NCBI GenBank assembly: GCA_963754315.1
Contig: CAVWFS010000009.1
Coordinates: forward strand, 1 to 64,000
DNA: 64,000 bases
Direction of reading: 5' to 3'
From: an uncultured Candidatus Rokubacteria bacterium
GTDB lineage: Bacteria; Methylomirabilota; Methylomirabilia; Rokubacteriales; CSP1-6
Shown one piece after another: positions 1 to 9,289 of the stretch (its first letter is position 1; every line of letters begins with the position of its first letter). A model generated the notes under the pieces. It saw nothing but the letters and a program-made list of their open reading frames with translations. It made no database searches and had not been told where the DNA came from. Position numbers and translations under genes: made by a program.

Positions 1-880
1 CAACATCGCGCCCATGTGGCACCCCATCCGGATGGCGGAGGACTACGCCACCGCCGACTGGTTGACCAACGGCCGCGTCGTCTTCGGTGTCGGTCGCGGG
101 TACCACACCCGCGAGGTCGAGGTCTTCGGGGCGCCCATGCTCGATCAGGACGCGAATCGCGAGCTGTTCGAGGAGCAGGTCGAGCTCATCTTCAAGTCGT
201 TCAACCAGCGGGCCTTCTCGCATCAGGGCAAGCACTACACCATCCCGCCCCCGGTGCCCTATCGGGGCTACGAGGTCCGCGAGATCACCCTGGTGCCCCG
301 TCCGAAGACTCTGCCGGTCGAGTGCTGGCAGCCGGTCGTCAGCGCCAGCCAGCGCGCGCTCGACTTCATGGCCAAGCACGACATCAAGGGCATCATCGGC
401 GGGGGCGCGGCGCCCGGCGGGGCCAACGAGAAGGTCGTGCACGCCTTCCGCGAGGCGCGCGCCCGCGCCGGACGCGAGACCGAGCTGGGGGGCGACCTCT
501 GTATCGGGTTCTCGTTCCACATCGCCGACAGCGTCGAGCAGGGCATCAAGGAGGCGACGCCATTCTTCGAGGAGAACATCAAGATGTTCGCGCCCCTCGG
601 GTTCGTGCCCGGCTTGACCCCCGCCCAGATCGAGGCCGTGGCCGACCCCGCCCGCGCGCGCCAGGCCAACCTGCCGACCCTGCGCAACGCCATGAAGGCA
701 GGCACGTGGCTCATCGGTCCGCCGGAACAGATCACCGAGCAGCTCATGGAGGTTCAGAAGAAGTACCCGGGCCTGGAAGTCGTCAACGTGGGGCAGCCGG
801 TGGGGACACCGCAGGCGGTGATTCTCGAGCAGCTCGAGCGCTTTTCGGCTCAGGTGATGCCGGCCTTCAAGACCACGTAG
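1..880 (+). CDS. LLM-class (luciferase-like) flavin-dependent oxidoreductase, 5'-truncated by window edge
   Basis: WHPIRMAEDYATADWLTNGRVVFGVGRGY and C-terminal IGPPEQITEQL...LERFSAQVMPAF are typical of LLM proteins; frame is open to the window start. Confidence 0.88.
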   Translation, partial: NIAPMWHPIRMAEDYATADWLTNGRVVFGVGRGYHTREVEVFGAPMLDQDANRELFEEQVELIFKSFNQRAFSHQGKHYTIPPPVPYRGYEVREITLVPRPKTLPVECWQPVVSASQRALDFMAKHDIKGIIGGGAAPGGANEKVVHAFREARARAGRETELGGDLCIGFSFHIADSVEQGIKEATPFFEENIKMFAPLGFVPGLTPAQIEAVADPARARQANLPTLRNAMKAGTWLIGPPEQITEQLMEVQKKYPGLEVVNVGQPVGTPQAVILEQLERFSAQVMPAFKTT

Positions 881-903
881 TCATCTCCTCGCGGAGGGTT
901 CGC

Positions 904-1941
904 ATGGGCACGCGCATCGGCATCATCGGAGTGGGGGCGATCGGCAGCGTGGTGGGCGGGCTTCTGACCAAGGCCGGTCATGACGTGACGTTGATCGATC
1001 AGTGGCCGGATCACGTCGAGGCCATGAAGAAGGTCGGACTCAGGCTCTCGGGCACCTGCGGCGAGCACCTGATTCCGGTGCGGGCGCTGCACCTGCACGA
1101 GCTGCAGTCGGTGGGGACGCCGTTCGATGCCGTCTTCATCTCGGTGAAGTCCTACGACACGGAGTGGGCGGTCGCCCTCGCCCTCTCGTACTTGAAGCGG
1201 CCCGACGGGATCATCGTCGACTTCCAGAACGGCATCAACGACGAACGGGTGGCCGCCGCCGCTGGCCGTGAGCGGTGCCTGGGCTCGGTCATCACCATCG
1301 GCGCCGGCATGTACGAGCCGGGTCACGCCATTCGCACCGATCGCGGCCAGATCGGCTTCAAGATCGGCGAGCACGACGGCCGGGTGACCGAGCGAGCCGA
1401 GAACATCGCCAAGATCATGTGCGACGTGGCCCCCACCAAGGTGACGACCAATCTCTGGGGCGAACGATGGTCCAAGCTCTCCGTCAACTGCATGGCCAAC
1501 GGCCTGGCCGGTCTCTCGGGCCTGGGCTCGGCCGAGGTCCGTACCCGGGACGGTGTGCGCCGGGTGGCCATTCACCTGGCGGCCGAGGCCGTGAAGGTTG
1601 GCCGCGCCCGGGGCCACGAGGTCGAGCCGATCTGGGGAATCACCGCCCAGCGCTTCGTCGACGCCGCCGAGGGCCGACAGATGGCCGAAGTGGAGCGCGA
1701 CATGGCGGAGCGGGCCAAGGAACTGGCGGGCGGCCGCCCCTCGCTTTTGCAAGACGTCATGCGCGGACGGCGCACCGAGGTCCAGTATCTGAACGGCTAC
1801 GTCTCCGAGCAGGGGCGTCAGGTCGGGATTCCGACGCCGTTCAACGACAAAGTCGTGGAGCTGATCACGCGCGTGCCGCCCGGCACCCTCAAGCCCGACC
1901 CCAAGAACCTCGACCCCCTGGTCGCCATGCTGAAGACCTAG
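904..1941 (+). CDS. panE: ketopantoate reductase (PanE/ApbA) family protein
   Basis: GGAGG RBS then ATG 904; IGIIGVGAIG Rossmann motif, FISVKSYDT, FQNGI, WSKLSVN, SLLQDVMRGRRTEVQYLNG. Family-level assignment. Confidence 0.85.
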   Translation: MGTRIGIIGVGAIGSVVGGLLTKAGHDVTLIDQWPDHVEAMKKVGLRLSGTCGEHLIPVRALHLHELQSVGTPFDAVFISVKSYDTEWAVALALSYLKRPDGIIVDFQNGINDERVAAAAGRERCLGSVITIGAGMYEPGHAIRTDRGQIGFKIGEHDGRVTERAENIAKIMCDVAPTKVTTNLWGERWSKLSVNCMANGLAGLSGLGSAEVRTRDGVRRVAIHLAAEAVKVGRARGHEVEPIWGITAQRFVDAAEGRQMAEVERDMAERAKELAGGRPSLLQDVMRGRRTEVQYLNGYVSEQGRQVGIPTPFNDKVVELITRVPPGTLKPDPKNLDPLVAMLKT

Positions 1942-1966
1942 CCTGTCGATCGTGTGTTTCGCGCAG

Positions 1967-1982
1967 TGCAATGCATTACAAT
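1967..1982 (+). promoter_or_regulatory. palindromic operator overlapping a -10 box upstream of the RHH gene
   Basis: TGCAATGCATTACA (perfect core AATGCATT) overlapping TACAAT at 1977-1982, ~20 bp before ATG 2001. Confidence 0.5.
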
Positions 1983-2000
1983 GGGTGAAAGGGATCGTGC

Positions 2001-2256
2001 ATGTCGAATCAACTTACCGTCAGACTTCCGGATGATCTGGATCGGGCGCTGAAGGCGGCCGCCCGCAGGCTACAGCGCAAGAACTCCGATATCGTGAGAG
2101 TTGGCGCTCCGTGAGTTCCTGGGGACGACGGATCGGCCCCCGGGCCGCCCGATCGATCGGGTGCGGGCCCTGATCGGATCGCTTGAGTCGGGCGTGCCAG
2201 ATCTGGCCGTTCGACACCGGGAGTATGTTCTCCAGTCACTAACCAGGCGCCGTTGA
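2001..2256 (+). CDS. ribbon-helix-helix (CopG-like) antitoxin, +1 frameshift near 2100; absent from the ORF track
   Basis: Manual translation MSNQLTVRLPDDLDRALKAAARRLQRKNSDIVR / LALREFL...LIGSLESGVPDLAVRHREYVLQSLTRRR*; tail resembles VapB-type antitoxins. Confidence 0.7.
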
Positions 2257-2308
2257 CCCAGTGGCCGCTGAGCTCTGCTGCACGGTACGTGTCGCTCGAC
2301 GGCAGCGC

Positions 2309-3530
2309 TCAGGCGCCGCGCGAGCGTCTGACCCGCGCCGGCGTCAGCCACACGCTCACGCCCAACGCGGCGAGCCCGACGAGCCCGTTGACCGCGAAGG
2401 CGGTGGACACGCCCCAGGACTGTGAGAGCGTGCCGACGACGAAAGCGCCGATCGGGAACACGCCGCTCGACAGCAACGTGTAGAGGCTCATCATCCGCCC
2501 CCGCATGGCATCGGGCGCGATGAGCTGAAGGGAGGTGTTGCATCCGGCCATGGCCAGGGTTCCCGCGAACCCCACGGCGGCCAGCAGAACGACGGCCAGC
2601 CCGACACTACGCGTCACCGCGAGGCCGACCAGTCCGGCACACGCGGTCGCGGCCGCTGCGGCGATGACGTTGGGCGCAGGTCGCCGCGTGCCAAGGGCGC
2701 CGAGGGACAGGCCGGCCGCCATCGCCCCCACCCCCAGCGAGGCCATGAGCAGGCCAAAGCCCTCCGAGCCCAACCCCAGCACGTTGCGAGCGAGCAGCGG
2801 GACGTAGACCGAGAAGTTGAAGACACAGAAGCTCACGACGACCTGAAGGCTCAGCACGAAGCGCACGGCCGGCGTGCGGACCGCGTAGGTCAGCCCCTCC
2901 AAGGTCTCGTCGAGGATCGTGGTGCTCGCGCGGGGCGTTGGGCCGCGGGCGGGAACACGGGTGAGGGCCGCAATGGAGACGGCGAAGGCCAGCGTGTTGA
3001 GCATGAACCCCGCAAAGAGACCGACGCGCGCGATGAGGATCGCCGGCCACCGCCGGCCCCACGATCCGAGCCGTGTTGAACGATGCGGAATTCATGCCGA
3101 CGGCGCTGACCACGTGCGACCGCCCGACCAGCTCCATGATGAACGACTGGCGGGTCGGCTGATCGAACGCGCTGGTGATGCCCCAGATCACTGCCATGAC
3201 GGCGATGTAGCCGAAGCGGACGTGGCCACTCCAGACGAGCAGACCGAGAGCGAGGGCCAGGGTGCCCTGCACGGCCTGGGTGACGATGAGGATGTTGCGC
3301 TTGGTGAGCCGGTCGGCCAGCGCGCCGGTGAAGACGGCCAGGAGCAGGATCGGACCTGACTGCAGGGTGGCGGTCAACCCCAGCAGGAACGGTGAGTTGG
3401 TGAGCTGGAGGACGAGCCAGGACTGGCTGACCGACTGCATCCAGCTCCCGACCTGCGCGACCAGATTGCCCGCGTAGTAGACGCGGAAGTCGCGGTTGGC
3501 CAGGGCGATGAGGCCGGCGGGCAGCGGCAT
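2309..3530 (-). CDS. MFS transporter, frameshift near 3041
   Basis: ORF 2607..3530 gives the N-half (NRDFRVYYAGNLVAQVGSWMQ, GALADR); ORF 2309..3004 gives the C-half (PDAMRGRMMSLY); one extra base joins them. Confidence 0.85.
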
Positions 3531-3658
3531 CTGTTCAGCCTATACGGGCGACCCCGTCTTCGAGCGCGAAAAAGGGCCGATCGCCACGCCGGGAGTTGAC
3601 AGGCTCGACCGCCTGGGGAATGGTGGGCTTGCCCCAATCGACCGTGCGGAGGTCACTC

Positions 3659-4108
3659 ATGAAAGAGGTCGTCTTTGCCCTCGAGTTCAAGGGAACGGCA
3701 GGCCCGGTGGCGGGCTCGGACAACCGCATGCGCGCGAAAACCTCGGCCACTGGCCAGACTCTCCGGAGCGTCATCAAGGCCGACGGGATTCAGTGTGCTC
3801 TGGAGGGAGCCGGGGGCGACACGGCGACCTTCGAGTCCGAGGTGGAAATGGTCGGGGAGGGGATGTTCGTGGAATCGGGGACCATCCGGTACGGGACCTT
3901 CGGCGCCATCACCTTCAAGACGGTGGGCCGCGGCGTGATGGGGCCGTCGCCACTGACCGGATTGCAGCGCGGGGCGATCGTCTGGGAGGTCACGGGTGGC
4001 GACGGCAAGCTCCGGGGCGCGCAGGGACTGATCACCTCGAACTTCACGGTGGGAGCTGCGGGAGAGGTCACCGACGACCACTTCGTCAGGCTGTTCTTGC
4101 CTACATGA
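3659..4108 (+). CDS. hypothetical beta-rich protein, translationally coupled to rtcB
   Basis: GGAGG RBS, MKEVVFALEFKG...WEVTGGDGKLRGAQGLITSNF; its TGA overlaps the rtcB ATG (ATGA 4105-4108). Confidence 0.7.
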   Translation: MKEVVFALEFKGTAGPVAGSDNRMRAKTSATGQTLRSVIKADGIQCALEGAGGDTATFESEVEMVGEGMFVESGTIRYGTFGAITFKTVGRGVMGPSPLTGLQRGAIVWEVTGGDGKLRGAQGLITSNFTVGAAGEVTDDHFVRLFLPT

Positions 4109-5550
4109 AGACGGTGCGGGTGGGCGACTGCATCTGGGAGATCCCGCCGAGCGAGAAGCCGGGCATGCTGGTGCCGGCGCGCATCTACGCGTCCGAGGCG
4201 CTCCTCGGGAGCATGGATCAGAGCGTCTTCGAGCAGGTGACCAACGTCGCCTGCCTCCCGGGCATCGTCCGCGCTGCTCTCTGTATGCCCGACGGGCACT
4301 CGGGGTACGGTTTCCCAATTGGTGGCGTGGCGGCGTTCCACGCCGAGCGAGGGGTCATCTCGCCGGGCGGCATCGGATTCGACATCAATTGCGGCATGCG
4401 CCTGATCCGGACGAACCTCACGGAGGACGAGGTTCGCCCCAAGCTGCGCGAGCTGGTCGACGCGCTCTTCGCGTCCGTGCCCACCGGAGTCGGCGGTCGA
4501 GGCGTCGTCCATCTCTCCGAGGACGAGTTCGCCGAGGTGATGCTCGAGGGCGCTGGCTGGTGTGTGCGCCGAGGCTACGGTTGGCCCGAGGATCCGGCGG
4601 CCATCGAAAGCGGAGGATGTCTACCGGGCGCCGATCCCGCCCAGGTCAGTTCGCGGGCGGTCGCCCGCGGGCGCGATCAGCTGGGGACTCTCGGCTCCGG
4701 CAACCACTACCTCGAGATCCAGGTCGTTCCCGCGGACGGCGTGCACGATCCCGTCGCCGCTCGCGCCTTCGGCATCGAGGGCCCGGGGCAGGTGCTGGTG
4801 ATGCTGCACTGCGGGTCCCGAGGGTTCGGCCACCAGATCGGCACCGACTATCTGCGCAAGTTCGACACTGCGATGGGCGCCTATGGCATCACGGTTCGCG
4901 ACCGCGAGCTGGCGTGCGCGCCTTTTCGCTCTCCCGAAGGCCAGGCGTACTTTGGCGCCATGAATGCCGCCGCCAACACGGCCTTCGCGAACCGGCAAGT
5001 CATCACGCACCGCATCCGTGAGGTGATGGGGCAGGTGTTCGGCAGGGATCCGCATGCGCTTGGGCTCGGCGTCGTGTACGACGTCTGCCACAACACCGCC
5101 AAGGTCGAGCGCCACGTGGTCGACGGCGACTCGATGGAGCTGGTGGTGCATCGCAAGGGGGCCACGCGCGCCTTCGGTCCCGGGGCAGCGGATCTACCGG
5201 AAGCCTACCGGTCGATAGGGCAGCCCGTCATCATCGGGGGCTCGATGGAAACGGGCTCCGCGCTCCTGGTGGGGACAGCGCACGCGATGGCCGAGACCTT
5301 CGGGTCCACCGCGCACGGTGCCGGGCGCACCATGTCGCGGGCGCAGGCCAAGCGTCGGGTGGGGGGCGATACCCTCATCAGAGAGATGGGCGAGCGCGGC
5401 ATCATCGTCCGGGCCGCCTCGACGTCAGGGGTGGCCGAGGAGGCGGGCTTCGCCTACAAGGATCTGGGCGAAGTCGCCCGCGTGGTGGAGCACCTGGACG
5501 TCTCCCGCAAGGTCGTATCGTTGAGGCCCATCGGCAACGTCAAGGGGTAG
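4105..5550 (+). CDS. rtcB: RtcB-family RNA ligase (long, archaeal/eukaryote-like type)
   Basis: MPDGHSGYGFPIGGV, GFDINCG, LGTLGSGNHYLE, HCGSRGFGHQ, HRKGATRAF, HGAGR, EEAGFAYKD, RPIGNVKG. Confidence 0.95.
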   Translation: MKTVRVGDCIWEIPPSEKPGMLVPARIYASEALLGSMDQSVFEQVTNVACLPGIVRAALCMPDGHSGYGFPIGGVAAFHAERGVISPGGIGFDINCGMRLIRTNLTEDEVRPKLRELVDALFASVPTGVGGRGVVHLSEDEFAEVMLEGAGWCVRRGYGWPEDPAAIESGGCLPGADPAQVSSRAVARGRDQLGTLGSGNHYLEIQVVPADGVHDPVAARAFGIEGPGQVLVMLHCGSRGFGHQIGTDYLRKFDTAMGAYGITVRDRELACAPFRSPEGQAYFGAMNAAANTAFANRQVITHRIREVMGQVFGRDPHALGLGVVYDVCHNTAKVERHVVDGDSMELVVHRKGATRAFGPGAADLPEAYRSIGQPVIIGGSMETGSALLVGTAHAMAETFGSTAHGAGRTMSRAQAKRRVGGDTLIREMGERGIIVRAASTSGVAEEAGFAYKDLGEVARVVEHLDVSRKVVSLRPIGNVKG

Positions 5551-5558
5551 AGGAGCCG

Positions 5559-6416
5559 ATGACCGCGGCTCCCCTCCTGGCCCTGACCGCGGCTCTGGGA
5601 TTTGCGCTCGCCCGAGTTGTCCTGAAGCGGGCTCTCCCGTACACGACGCCGCTCACCGCGGTGGCCGTCTCCATCGTCTTCACCGGCACGGTGCTCTGGG
5701 TCGTCTCCGCGCTCACCGCCCCCCTCTCGCTGCTGGCGACCACGGCGATCTGGCCATTCGTGATTGCCGGTCTCCTGGCGCCAGGGCTCTCCCGGCTCCT
5801 GGTCTACGTCGGGATCGACCGGGTCGGCGCCGCTCGCGCGTCGGCCATCAGCCCCATCGCACCGTTCTCGGCGATTCTCCTCGCCGTGATGTTCCTGGGC
5901 GAGCGACCTTCGGCAAGCCTTCTGCTCGGAGCGATCTGCATCGTGGCGGGGACCGTTCTGCTCTCCCAGCAAGAGCGTGGTGATCGCGCGTGGCGCCGTC
6001 GCGATCTGATTTTTCCCTTTCTGGGTACGCTGGGCTTCGGACTGCGCGACGTCATCAGTCGCTGGGGGCTCCAGACGTTCCCACACCCGACGGTGGCCGC
6101 GGTGGTGGCGACCATGACTTCGGCCGTCCTGATCGCCGCGGTCGCGCAGCGACGCCGCGGCGAGCTGCGGGTTGACCGAGCGGGTGTGGGGCTGCTCGCC
6201 CTCACGGGCATCCTCGAGGCTCTCGGCTCGGTGGCGTTGTGGACTGCGCTCGGCGTCGGGAACGTCTCGGTGGTCACGCCCCTCACCCACGCTCAACCGA
6301 TGTTCACGGTCATCCTGGCCGCGGTCTTTCTGAGAGACATCGAGCAGGTTACGTGGCGCGTTGCCGTCGCGACACCCATCATGGTCGCCGGGGCCATCGC
6401 CGTCATCCGCGGCTAG
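5559..6416 (+). CDS. DMT/EamA family transporter
   Basis: About 10 hydrophobic helices in two repeats; GIDRVGAARAS, AVMFLGER, GNVSVVTPL. Confidence 0.88.
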   Translation: MTAAPLLALTAALGFALARVVLKRALPYTTPLTAVAVSIVFTGTVLWVVSALTAPLSLLATTAIWPFVIAGLLAPGLSRLLVYVGIDRVGAARASAISPIAPFSAILLAVMFLGERPSASLLLGAICIVAGTVLLSQQERGDRAWRRRDLIFPFLGTLGFGLRDVISRWGLQTFPHPTVAAVVATMTSAVLIAAVAQRRRGELRVDRAGVGLLALTGILEALGSVALWTALGVGNVSVVTPLTHAQPMFTVILAAVFLRDIEQVTWRVAVATPIMVAGAIAVIRG

Positions 6417-7523
6417 AGCGCGCCGGCGGAACGTGCGAGCAGGCGGGCGCGGCCCCACCGTGGCCGCGAGCGGATGATCGCGTCCGGCCATCAGTGCTGC
6501 GAGCAACTCTCCGGCGCCGACCCCCACGCTCATTCCCGAGCCGCCGAATGCCGCGAGCCAGTAGAGTCCGCCGATTCGTGGGTCGGCGCCGATGACGGGA
6601 AGGCGATCAGGCGCGAAGGTCCTCAAACATGCCCACGCCCGTCGCAGCGCGGCCAGGCCGAGGCTCGGGGCGAGCTGCGCCAGCCGATCGGCGAGCTTCT
6701 CGAGCGCGCCGGCATCGGTGGGGGGCAGGCTCGGCGGCCAGGGCGTCTCGTCGCACGGGCTCGCGAGCACGCCGCCCGACTCGGGGCGGAAGTACACTTC
6801 AACCCCCAGGGCCCACACCGTGGGACCGTGCTCGTCCACCGGCTCCGTGGGATCGAGCTGGGCCAGGTGGCGTCGCAGCGGTTGCAGCGGCAGCTCGGCC
6901 CCACACGCGGCGCCGAGCGACGCGGCCCAGGCCCCGGGCGCGAGCACGACCGCATCCGCACTGGCTGACTCACCTCCGGCCAGCTCGACTCCCTGCACCC
7001 GCCCGCCACTCACCGAGACCCGCGTCACCTCTTGGCCGAGGACGATCCGGACACCGGCGGCCTGCGCTCGCTCGGCGAGGTGCGAGGTGATGAGGTGGAT
7101 GTCGAGGACTCCGGCCTCTGGGAGCAGGAGCCCGGCCTCGGCGAATCCGCCCTTCACGACGGGAACGTGGGCCTCTACCTCACGTCGGCCGAGGATGACG
7201 TGCGGAGCGCCGGCCGTGCGGGCGAGTGCCGCCTCCTCGCCGAGCATGGCCTCGTCGGGCGCCACGTACATGAAGCCGTCCTCGCGCAGCCAGCGAGTCC
7301 GGCCCAGCATGTCGTCGAGCAACTCGCGCGAGCGTCGAGAGAGGACACCCCAGGCCCCGCCAGAGATTCCCACGTAGATGGCCGCGTTGCGCGCCGAGCT
7401 GTGGGTGGCCAGCAGGGCCTCGCGCTCGAAGAGCGTCACGGAGGTGGCGCCACCCCGGGCCAAGTGGTACGCCGCCGCCAGGCCCCCGATACCGCCGCCG
7501 ACGATCACGATGCGATCACGCAT
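6413..7523 (-). CDS. FAD-dependent oxidoreductase (DAO/glycine oxidase family), probable frameshift near 6460
   Basis: MRDRIVIVGGGIGG, HSSARNA, VVLAPGAWA, WACLRTFAPDRLPVIG; removing one base gives ...VGPARLLARSAGAL* ending at 6413. Confidence 0.85.
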
Positions 7524-7656
7524 ATCCCTATCTTGCCAGAACCGCCCGCTGACCAGTCCGCGCGCGCTGAGCGGGCGCGCGCGGATGTAGAAGCCCCGTG
7601 CGTCATCTACTGTGCACACTTGCCGTGAGAGCGGGCGCACGAGAAAATGGTAGCGA

Positions 7657-7676
7657 CATGTACATTGATGTACATG
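7657..7676. promoter_or_regulatory. TA autoregulatory operator, inverted repeat CATGTACAT-TG-ATGTACATG
   Basis: Perfect 9-bp inverted repeat with two TGTACA cores, ~40 bp upstream of the antitoxin ATG. Confidence 0.7.
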
Positions 7677-7718
7677 AGGGGCCGCCATCTGCCCGGGGGC
7701 GCCTTCGGGAGGAGAACG

Positions 7719-7979
7719 ATGACACGCGTGTCGATCAGCGAGGCGCGCCGACGGCTGCCGCAGCTGGTGCGCCAGGTCAAGCAGGACCTTGGGAGCGTGG
7801 TACAGATCACGGTGCGAGACGAGGTCGTGGCCGAGCTGCGGGCATCGCTACCTGAGCCCGAACCGGGCGCGGCGGCCCGGGCTTTGCTGGAGCTGATGCG
7901 CAAGCTCCCGAAGCATCGCGGGCCACGCCGGAATGTCTCGGGCCACGTCAAGGAACACCTGTACGGCGGCAAGGCCTGA
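7719..7979 (+). CDS. Phd/YefM-family antitoxin
   Basis: GGAGG RBS; MTRVSISEARRRLPQLVRQV...VQITVRDEVVAEL; lies directly upstream of a PIN toxin. Confidence 0.8.
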   Translation: MTRVSISEARRRLPQLVRQVKQDLGSVVQITVRDEVVAELRASLPEPEPGAAARALLELMRKLPKHRGPRRNVSGHVKEHLYGGKA

Positions 7980-7986
7980 GGCGTTC

Positions 7987-8409
7987 ATGCCGCTGCCACC
8001 GCGAGTGTTCTGTGACACCTCGTTCTTCCAGGCTTGCCTTGACCCCAGCGACACTCATCACCCCCAGGCCTACCCCCTCGTCACGGAGGCGATGATGGCC
8101 CGCGTCGCGTTGTGGACGACGTGGGACGTTGTCAGCGAGACCGCCACCTTGCTTCGTTATCGCGTCAACCATGCCTCCGCGGTGGCTTTTGTCGACACCC
8201 TGTATCCTCGACTTCGCCTCGCGGAGTACGGAAGCGAAGTGCGCGCCCAGGCGCTGGACGTCTTCCGCCGGTACGGTCGCGAACGGCGCCTCTCCCTCTG
8301 CGACGCGATCTCGTTCGTGGTTGTCACCACGCTTCTCGAACGCATGCCCTGTTTTGCCTTTGACGAGGACTTCCGCCGGCTGGGCTTGACGGTCATCGTC
8401 AGCCCTTGA
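7987..8409 (+). CDS. vapC: PIN-domain (VapC) toxin
   Basis: VFCDTSFF, VVSETATLL, LSLCDAISF, FAFDEDFRRLG. Confidence 0.9.
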   Translation: MPLPPRVFCDTSFFQACLDPSDTHHPQAYPLVTEAMMARVALWTTWDVVSETATLLRYRVNHASAVAFVDTLYPRLRLAEYGSEVRAQALDVFRRYGRERRLSLCDAISFVVVTTLLERMPCFAFDEDFRRLGLTVIVSP

Positions 8410-9289
8410 CCGCGCCCGCCACCAGGCCGCGCACGACGTATTTTTGCAGCAGCAGGACGAGGACGAGGGTGGGCAGCAGGCCGAGCAGGCAGATGGCCAT
8501 CATGAGCGTGAAGAAGACGAAGTAGTCCGACACGAGTCCGGCCAGGATCACGGGGACGGTCATCGCCTCGGGCCGGCTGACGACGATGAGCGGAATCAGC
8601 AGCTCGTGCCAGGAGATGATGAACAGGATGACCGCGCAGGCGGCCAGACCCGGGGTCGAGAGGGGCACGATCATCCGCAGGAACGCGGTGAAGCGCGTGC
8701 AGCCGTCGATCCGCGCGGCGTCCTCCAGCTCGCTTGGGAACGCCGCGAAGTAGGGGACGAGGATCATGATGGCGTACGGGATCAGCAGGCCGACCTCCGC
8801 CACGATCACGCCGCTCAGCGAATTCAGGAGGCCGTAACGTCGAAAGAGCACGTAGAGCGGCACCATGAGGACGATCAGGGGCACCATGCGGCTGACGGCG
8901 CTCAGGCGGAGCAAGGTCTGCGTCCAGCCCACCTGTAACCGCGCAATGGTGTAGGCCGACAGGCTGGCCAGCGCGAGGGCGATCACGGTGACGGCCACGC
9001 CGACCACCAGGCTGTTGACAAAGGCGGCCGGAAAGCGCTCGACCGATTTCGGCAGGTAGGTCACCTGCTCGAAGATGGGGCCGCGCTGGGCGCCTCCGGA
9101 GAGGATCAGCCGAAAGTTGGCCAGGGTGTATTCGGGCGGAAGGAGCGCGCGCGTGTCCTGCTGGAGCATCTTCTCCGACTGGAAGCTCGCGAGGACGAGG
9201 GGGATCAGCGGGAGGACCAGAAAGGCGATGGCCAGCAGGTTCAGCACCCAGAGCGCGAGTCGACCTTGCCAGCGCAGAGATCGGCTCAT
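8399..9289 (-). CDS. carbohydrate ABC transporter permease (MalG-like)
   Basis: Real start MSRSLRWQ at 9289; EAA loop FPSELEDAARIDGC; QKYVVRGLVAGAVKG. Confidence 0.92.
   Translation of the reverse strand: MSRSLRWQGRLALWVLNLLAIAFLVLPLIPLVLASFQSEKMLQQDTRALLPPEYTLANFRLILSGGAQRGPIFEQVTYLPKSVERFPAAFVNSLVVGVAVTVIALALASLSAYTIARLQVGWTQTLLRLSAVSRMVPLIVLMVPLYVLFRRYGLLNSLSGVIVAEVGLLIPYAIMILVPYFAAFPSELEDAARIDGCTRFTAFLRMIVPLSTPGLAACAVILFIISWHELLIPLIVVSRPEAMTVPVILAGLVSDYFVFFTLMMAICLLGLLPTLVLVLLLQKYVVRGLVAGAVKG

Noticed and set aside
16..903. 641-aa ORF 16..1941 as a long fusion protein
   Set aside because: The N-terminal part is an Arg/Gly-rich off-frame read of the LLM gene; the real gene starts at ATG 904 after a GGAGG RBS
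3496..4104. N-terminal extension of RtcB (684-aa ORF)
   Set aside because: Low-complexity shadow overlapping the 3659-4108 gene; RtcB homology starts at 4105
5454..6412. 744-aa oxidoreductase overlapping the DMT gene on the opposite strand
   Set aside because: Read-through caused by a probable indel near 6460; the tail is antisense to a real transporter gene
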